From NCBI GenBank assembly GCA_003142595.1, contig PLMU01000009.1, forward strand, positions 8,195 through 72,194: DNA of 64,000 nucleotides, read 5' to 3'. This DNA is from Phycisphaerales bacterium. GTDB taxonomy: Bacteria > Planctomycetota > Phycisphaerae > Sedimentisphaerales > UBA12454. Shown here piece by piece: positions 59,118-64,000 of the stretch (positions are counted from its first letter, which is position 1; each line of letters begins with the position of its first letter). The position numbers were made by a program, and so were the translations under genes. The notes beneath the pieces were generated by a model. It was not told the origin of the DNA and did not search any database. It saw only the letters and a list, made by a program, of their open reading frames with translations.

Positions 59118-60905
59118 ATGAACAATTCAAACAGAATAGATTGTTATCAATGTCCAAATAATCTGCTTGCTGTCCGCGCAGCGGTAGCAAAAGTTTATAT
59201 CGACGGACAATTATGCGATTTTCTTGTCGCTCAAAAGGTAACGCTGGCGGCAGATAACGATTTCAATCAGGCGATACTGAATTTTTATTCAAAAGATGAT
59301 GATATAAGCTCTTTTGCGGTATGCGGGCAAAGAGTTGAAATTAAAATCGCATACGACAGCGGAATTGGAAAAACAATTCCTGATGAAATTACCGTATTTA
59401 CCGGCTTTATCGAACAGATTGATACCGAGATATCTTCAAAGCAGCAGAAAATAACTGTTATCGCAAAAGATTCATCAGCCAGGCTCAGAAGAAAAACGGT
59501 TTACGGCGCAACAGTTGCAAATCAGGGACAGGGGATTTTTATCAGCGGCGCGGATACTGCTTTTAATCCGGCAGGAGCGGCAAATGCCTCACGGCAGCAA
59601 ATCAGGCAAAACGGCAGAAGTTTTATGGCGTTTGCCGCTGATGAAAACGACGCTGAAGTGTTCAGTTGTGCCGATGCGATTTATTATCTTCTATGCAGTT
59701 ACATTCCCGCCGACCAGCTTGTTATTCCGACTCTTGAACAGCTTAATAGTCTGACCTGCGAGCGGAGCATTATCGATATCGATGTTACAGGTCTTAATTT
59801 AATTGACGCTTTGCGGCGATGCTGCGGACAAGCAGGAGTTCGATTCAAGTTTGTTCCAAATCTCAGCCAGACAGGACCAACAGAAGCGATAGTTTTTTTC
59901 AGGCCGAGCGATTGTGCTGAAGTTGAACTGAATTGCCAGTGGCAGGGCGAGAAACTGGATATTTTAAAAACTACCGTTGCTGAAATAACAGGTCAAAAAA
60001 ATCTCGCACCAATAACACACAGATATATCGTGCAGGGCGATTATAAAATTTATGAGGCGACATTTGAACTGGTAAAGGCCTGGGACCCTGCGCTTGAAGA
60101 AAATAATTATGAGCGGTATTCGCCGGTTACTAATGAAAATTTCAATGAAGTCCGCGACGTTTACCGCAAGTGGTGCCTCAATGAGGCGGGCGATTACGGC
60201 GGCAGTCCTTACAATCAGGGAACGGCGTTTGATTTTTCAAAGATTTTTGAAAACGGCTCATATGTCCGCAAAAAAAGACGGTTTCTGCCGGCACTTACCA
60301 GCGGCAAAGACGGCTCATCAATCGGTTATTATCTTGAAGTCTCATACACTAACGGAAGCCATTGGTGGCCTTATATGGCATCTTTCAAGGTTTTGCTCGA
60401 CCAGTGCGGCGTGTGGCTATCGGCAGAGCAGCTCGATATGGATGTGTGGTTCGCGATTCTCAAAGGAGTTTTAAAGTTCAGAATAACCGCATCGGTAATC
60501 GCAGATGAAAGAATAAGTTTTGCCGCTGCCGATGGGCCGGTGAATTCGACTGCCGAGGTAATTGATAAAATTATTACCCTGCCGCGAAGATTCAGATATA
60601 AAAAAGTCTCGCCGGAGAGCATTTTTGCAAATAATCCTGCCGACCAGACAGACGACAGCGAATCATTAGTTGAATTTGCCAGGACAATGGCTGATGGCGG
60701 ACATAGCGAAACTGAAAAGATGAATATCAAGACGCTTTTACTTATGCCTTTTTTAAGTCCCGGCAGCAGGATTGTAAACAGCCAGGACAGCAGAGATATT
60801 TTGAACATTAAATACGACAACAGAAGTTTTAGCTGGATTAAAAGCGTCGATATGGATTTTGAAAATCAGCAGACAACAATTACAGCGGTCAAAACGAGGA
60901 AATAA
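59118..60905 (+). CDS. Large tail/hub-like structural protein
   Basis: VFTGFIEQID...ITVIAKD beta-barrel-like N-terminus and IKSVDMDF..Q.TTI C-terminus, as in tail hub proteins. Confidence 0.55.
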   Translation: MNNSNRIDCYQCPNNLLAVRAAVAKVYIDGQLCDFLVAQKVTLAADNDFNQAILNFYSKDDDISSFAVCGQRVEIKIAYDSGIGKTIPDEITVFTGFIEQIDTEISSKQQKITVIAKDSSARLRRKTVYGATVANQGQGIFISGADTAFNPAGAANASRQQIRQNGRSFMAFAADENDAEVFSCADAIYYLLCSYIPADQLVIPTLEQLNSLTCERSIIDIDVTGLNLIDALRRCCGQAGVRFKFVPNLSQTGPTEAIVFFRPSDCAEVELNCQWQGEKLDILKTTVAEITGQKNLAPITHRYIVQGDYKIYEATFELVKAWDPALEENNYERYSPVTNENFNEVRDVYRKWCLNEAGDYGGSPYNQGTAFDFSKIFENGSYVRKKRRFLPALTSGKDGSSIGYYLEVSYTNGSHWWPYMASFKVLLDQCGVWLSAEQLDMDVWFAILKGVLKFRITASVIADERISFAAADGPVNSTAEVIDKIITLPRRFRYKKVSPESIFANNPADQTDDSESLVEFARTMADGGHSETEKMNIKTLLLMPFLSPGSRIVNSQDSRDILNIKYDNRSFSWIKSVDMDFENQQTTITAVKTRK

Positions 60906-60906
60906 A

Positions 60907-61239
60907 ATGTCGGAACAGATTTATCAAAGTGAAAATCAGCAGTTGATGGAAAGGCTCCTGCGCAGAAGCGATGAGCAGACTGAAAACGCCTTTGTAACTT
61001 CAGCGGGCGGAAAGGCTGTCGGCTTTGCGGCAAAGGTCATCAGCAGAAATAGCTTCAATTATTACAATGTAAGCTCTGTCGAGCTTGAGGGCCCGGGAGC
61101 AATTCCGATGCTGATGGGCGAGGCGGTTTTAGCTGCTAATTTGGCTGAGTCGTTCACGGCACAGGGAAATCTGCCCGCGGGCAAATATGTAATAGTGTTT
61201 AAAATAGGCGATTGCAACGCTTTTTATGCTCCGGTGTAG
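60907..61239 (+). CDS. Hypothetical structural protein
   Basis: Operonic; AANLAE, VIVF. Confidence 0.55.
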   Translation: MSEQIYQSENQQLMERLLRRSDEQTENAFVTSAGGKAVGFAAKVISRNSFNYYNVSSVELEGPGAIPMLMGEAVLAANLAESFTAQGNLPAGKYVIVFKIGDCNAFYAPV

Positions 61240-61254
61240 AAAATCAAACCACGA

Positions 61255-61545
61255 ATGAACACGAATAAACACAAATTATTTAATTGGTATTTCAGCAGAC
61301 AGATAGATCTATCGGTGCTTATACAACTCGTTTTTCTGGCGGCATTGATTGTCGGAACGTGGGTCAATCTGCAGAAGCAGCTTTCATTATTGCAGCACGA
61401 CATAACAAGCCTGATTGAAACGCAAAAGGAGTTTCAGCAGCGGACTGAGGAATTAAGCAGAACAAGCATAACCTATGAATACCGTCTGCGTGCGATTGAA
61501 AAGAAAATACCCGAAGCTGATATCGGCAAAGATGGAAAAATGTGA
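61255..61545 (+). CDS. Small TM + coiled-coil protein (holin-like position)
   Basis: IDLSVLIQLVFLAALIVGTW TM then heptads, RLRAIE. Confidence 0.55.
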   Translation: MNTNKHKLFNWYFSRQIDLSVLIQLVFLAALIVGTWVNLQKQLSLLQHDITSLIETQKEFQQRTEELSRTSITYEYRLRAIEKKIPEADIGKDGKM

Positions 61546-61569
61546 AAATTTATTTAAGAAGGGTTTATT

Positions 61570-62073
61570 ATGAACTGGAAAGTAATTTTATCTATTATTG
61601 TTATCGCTGCGGTTGTATTTGTTACGGGCTGTCAGTTTCTTTATGACTGCTGGCCTGCCGACATATCGCCGCTGGCGGTTAAATACGCAGGTCGTGACCC
61701 GAACAGTATTAAATGGTATGACAAAAACCTGCACACAGCCGGCGAATTAAAAAATCAGGTGATAGATACCTATACCGGCGAACAGTTGCGGCTCGATTAT
61801 CTGGCTAATCTTAACAAAGAAAAATATCAGCAGGTAATCGGCATTCTCGATTTGTCCATAAAACAGGCTGAAGCCGACAGAATGGCTGCGATAGGAACGC
61901 TTGCCCAGCCGGGCTGGCTCTTGGCGGGCCTGATGACTCTGCTGCCTATCGGGTCGTATGTTGCAGGCTGGCGGACTTTGTGGCCTTCACATTATACAGA
62001 AGAAGAAGTCCAAGCCGCCGTTCAACAAGCTCAGGATGCGGCAATCGCAACTACAAAAAGCGCAAACGCATAA
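61570..62073 (+). CDS. Lipoprotein with C-terminal TM helix
   Basis: VTGC lipobox; WLLAGLMTLLPIGSYVAGW TM. Confidence 0.6.
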   Translation: MNWKVILSIIVIAAVVFVTGCQFLYDCWPADISPLAVKYAGRDPNSIKWYDKNLHTAGELKNQVIDTYTGEQLRLDYLANLNKEKYQQVIGILDLSIKQAEADRMAAIGTLAQPGWLLAGLMTLLPIGSYVAGWRTLWPSHYTEEEVQAAVQQAQDAAIATTKSANA

Positions 62074-62195
62074 TAAAAAGTTTTTTATCGGTCTTTAAAA
62101 TAAAAAAAGCGTTTTTTTGTCTCAAATCAGATTAATCCGCAGGGCGAATAAACCGATATTTTGCAAAGGATTATCCTTTATTTGGACATGCAGAT

Positions 62196-63803
62196 ATGAC
62201 TACCAGGAGACAGCGAAAAGTACTTGTTATTGATGATAGCCAACCGAACCTTGTTCTTCTCAAGGCGCATCTGAACAGTATGGGACTGATTGCGCTGCTT
62301 GCGGATAATGCCAAAGATGGCATTGCTATTGCAGCCGAACAAAAGCCGGATATTATCCTGCTTGATGTGATGATGCCGGAGATTGACGGTTTTGAAACCT
62401 GCAGGCGACTCAAAGCCGATGTTCGCACGTCATCGATACCGGTAATTTTTGTTTCAGCCAGGGACCAGAGCGAGGATAAAATCGGCGGTCTTAAACTTGG
62501 CGCTGTCGATTATGTAACCAAGCCATTTAACAAAGGCGAGTTGCAGGCCCGTGTAGGAATTGTTCTTCAGATGACGGAGCTTCAGGAAAGGCTGCTTTTA
62601 CTTGCGAATACCGATGAGCTTACCGGCCTGTCGAACAGACGGCACTTTTTTGAAATTCTTGAACGTGAGGTGCTTGGGGCAAAGATACGCGGCGGTTCAG
62701 TTGCAGTGATGATGTTTGATGTTGACCATTTCAAGAATGTCAATGATTCATACGGACATTTGAGCGGCGACAGGATTCTTCAACAGGTAGGCAAAATTCT
62801 TAATGAAAATATTTATCCGCTGGATTTGGCGGCAAGGTATGGCGGCGAAGAGTTTGTTATTGTAATGCCGGGTATGCCGGCAGAAATTGCGACACAGCGG
62901 GCGGAAAAACTGTGTTCGATTGTTGATAAAAACAACTGGGAAATTGCCAGCCAGCCGATATCGATTACATGCAGTGTTGGTGTTGCGATTTTTGACGGCG
63001 ACGATTCGACCGACCCTTATGAACTTATAAAAAGAGCGGATGATGCTCTCTACGCCGCCAAACATCGCGGCAGAAACTGCGTTGTCTCTTATGACAAACT
63101 GAGTCAGCAGGAGCGGGAGATGGTTCCTCATCAGGATGAGGATTTCCGCGAACTGCAGACAAAAATATCATCGCTTGCTCTGCAGATAAGAGAGCAGACT
63201 ATGGGCATAATATCCGCCTTTACAAAGGCAATTGCAGCCAAAGACCCTTATCTTGCCGGTCATGTCGAAAACGTCAAAGTGTATTCGGTTGCGATAGCAA
63301 AGCAGATGGGCGTTTCTGAATCGCTTGTCGGACAGCTTTGGACCGCTGCGATGCTGCACGACCTGGGCAAAATAATTATTCCCAATCATATCCTGCACAA
63401 AACATCAGGCCTCACCGATGATGAGAGAAGAATTATTCAGCGTCATCCGATAGCAAGCGCCGATATACTTGCGCCAATCGGTATTTTCGGTCAGGAAATA
63501 GTAATTATCAGGCATCACCATGAAAACTTTGACGGCACCGGCTACCCCAACGGGCTTGTCGGTAAAAATATTCCTATCGGTTCGAGGATTCTTGCCGTCG
63601 CAAACAGTTTCGATTCGATAACATCTGTAAAACCATGGAATTCCGAAATCAAATCTGCAGAGGACGCCATCGGTGAAATAGTTAGTCTTGCCGGCTCGCA
63701 GTTTGACCCTGAAGTGGTAGAGGCTTTCAAAAAAGCGTATGCTGAAAATCACAGCCTCTGGCCGCTGGCGCAGAAACATCAGGTTGAGTGCGTCGCGCAA
63801 TAG
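62196..63803 (+). CDS. REC-GGDEF-HD-GYP c-di-GMP signalling protein
   Basis: LVIDD/LLDVMMP/KPF; RYGGEEF; MLHDLGK, HHENFDGTGYP. Confidence 0.92.
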   Translation: MTTRRQRKVLVIDDSQPNLVLLKAHLNSMGLIALLADNAKDGIAIAAEQKPDIILLDVMMPEIDGFETCRRLKADVRTSSIPVIFVSARDQSEDKIGGLKLGAVDYVTKPFNKGELQARVGIVLQMTELQERLLLLANTDELTGLSNRRHFFEILEREVLGAKIRGGSVAVMMFDVDHFKNVNDSYGHLSGDRILQQVGKILNENIYPLDLAARYGGEEFVIVMPGMPAEIATQRAEKLCSIVDKNNWEIASQPISITCSVGVAIFDGDDSTDPYELIKRADDALYAAKHRGRNCVVSYDKLSQQEREMVPHQDEDFRELQTKISSLALQIREQTMGIISAFTKAIAAKDPYLAGHVENVKVYSVAIAKQMGVSESLVGQLWTAAMLHDLGKIIIPNHILHKTSGLTDDERRIIQRHPIASADILAPIGIFGQEIVIIRHHHENFDGTGYPNGLVGKNIPIGSRILAVANSFDSITSVKPWNSEIKSAEDAIGEIVSLAGSQFDPEVVEAFKKAYAENHSLWPLAQKHQVECVAQ

Positions 63804-63835
63804 TTTGTTTTAAATTTCTCTGCCGGCAGCGGAAT

Positions 63836-64000
63836 TTATTTTGTGATTCGTTTTGTCAGGTCCGCAAGCTGCGATTTAATCTTTTCGTTTGATTGCACCA
63901 ATTCGGTAATTTTCCCGCAGGCGTGCATTACGGTAGTATGGTCTCTGCCGCCCAGATGGCCGCCGATTTCCTCAAGACTGTGATTGGTCAGACTTCGCGC
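63836..64000 (-). CDS. dnaA: Chromosomal replication initiator DnaA, C-terminal domain IV (partial)
   Basis: ARSLTNHSLEEIGGHLGGRDHTTVMHACGKI...*. Confidence 0.93.
   Translation of the reverse strand, partial: ARSLTNHSLEEIGGHLGGRDHTTVMHACGKITELVQSNEKIKSQLADLTKRITK

Noticed and set aside
18710-62073. One intact 43-kb prophage
   Set aside because: No integrase or att repeats seen, mixed orientations, and many host genes inside.
51650-62073. Contractile injection system or tailocin
   Set aside because: Head genes are present and no sheath, tube or baseplate wedge is recognisable.
62074-62195. oriC near dnaA
   Set aside because: AT-rich, but I saw no cluster of TTATCCACA-type boxes, and only the dnaA 3' end is visible.

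Overview
Chromosomal DNA, most likely from a Planctomycetota bacterium of the Phycisphaerae/Sedimentisphaerales type. This is inferred from PEP-CTERM proteins, DLNGDCRVDF dockerin-like tails and a prepilin-type protein. Housekeeping genes are present throughout: partial secA, efp, citrate synthase, trxB, arsC, RNase P RNA, cls, rlmN, phosphomannomutase, larA, menA and the 3' end of dnaA. The main signal is a phage-derived system split into modules interleaved with host genes. (i) A stand-alone large terminase lies next to rnpB with its own sigma70-like promoter, an Endonuclease III-like four-Cys motif and one in-frame amber codon (18.7-20.2 kb). (ii) A minus-strand run encodes HTH regulator, ABC ATPase, GNAT, ParB-like, Rep-like and small-terminase-like genes, broken up by cargo (28.4-36.1 kb). 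(iii) A 10.4-kb operon encodes portal, scaffold, capsid and tail-like proteins (51.6-62.1 kb). I recognised no integrase, att site, lysin, tape measure or sheath. This fits a domesticated, gene-transfer-agent-like particle system, but three point lesions mean a decaying prophage or sequencing errors remain possible. Secondary observations include modular dockerin/PEP-CTERM cassette genes, two structured sRNA candidates, a small His-rich lipoprotein missing from the ORF track, a duplicated secA promoter and REP-like palindromes. All product calls are from motif recognition by eye, not database searches.
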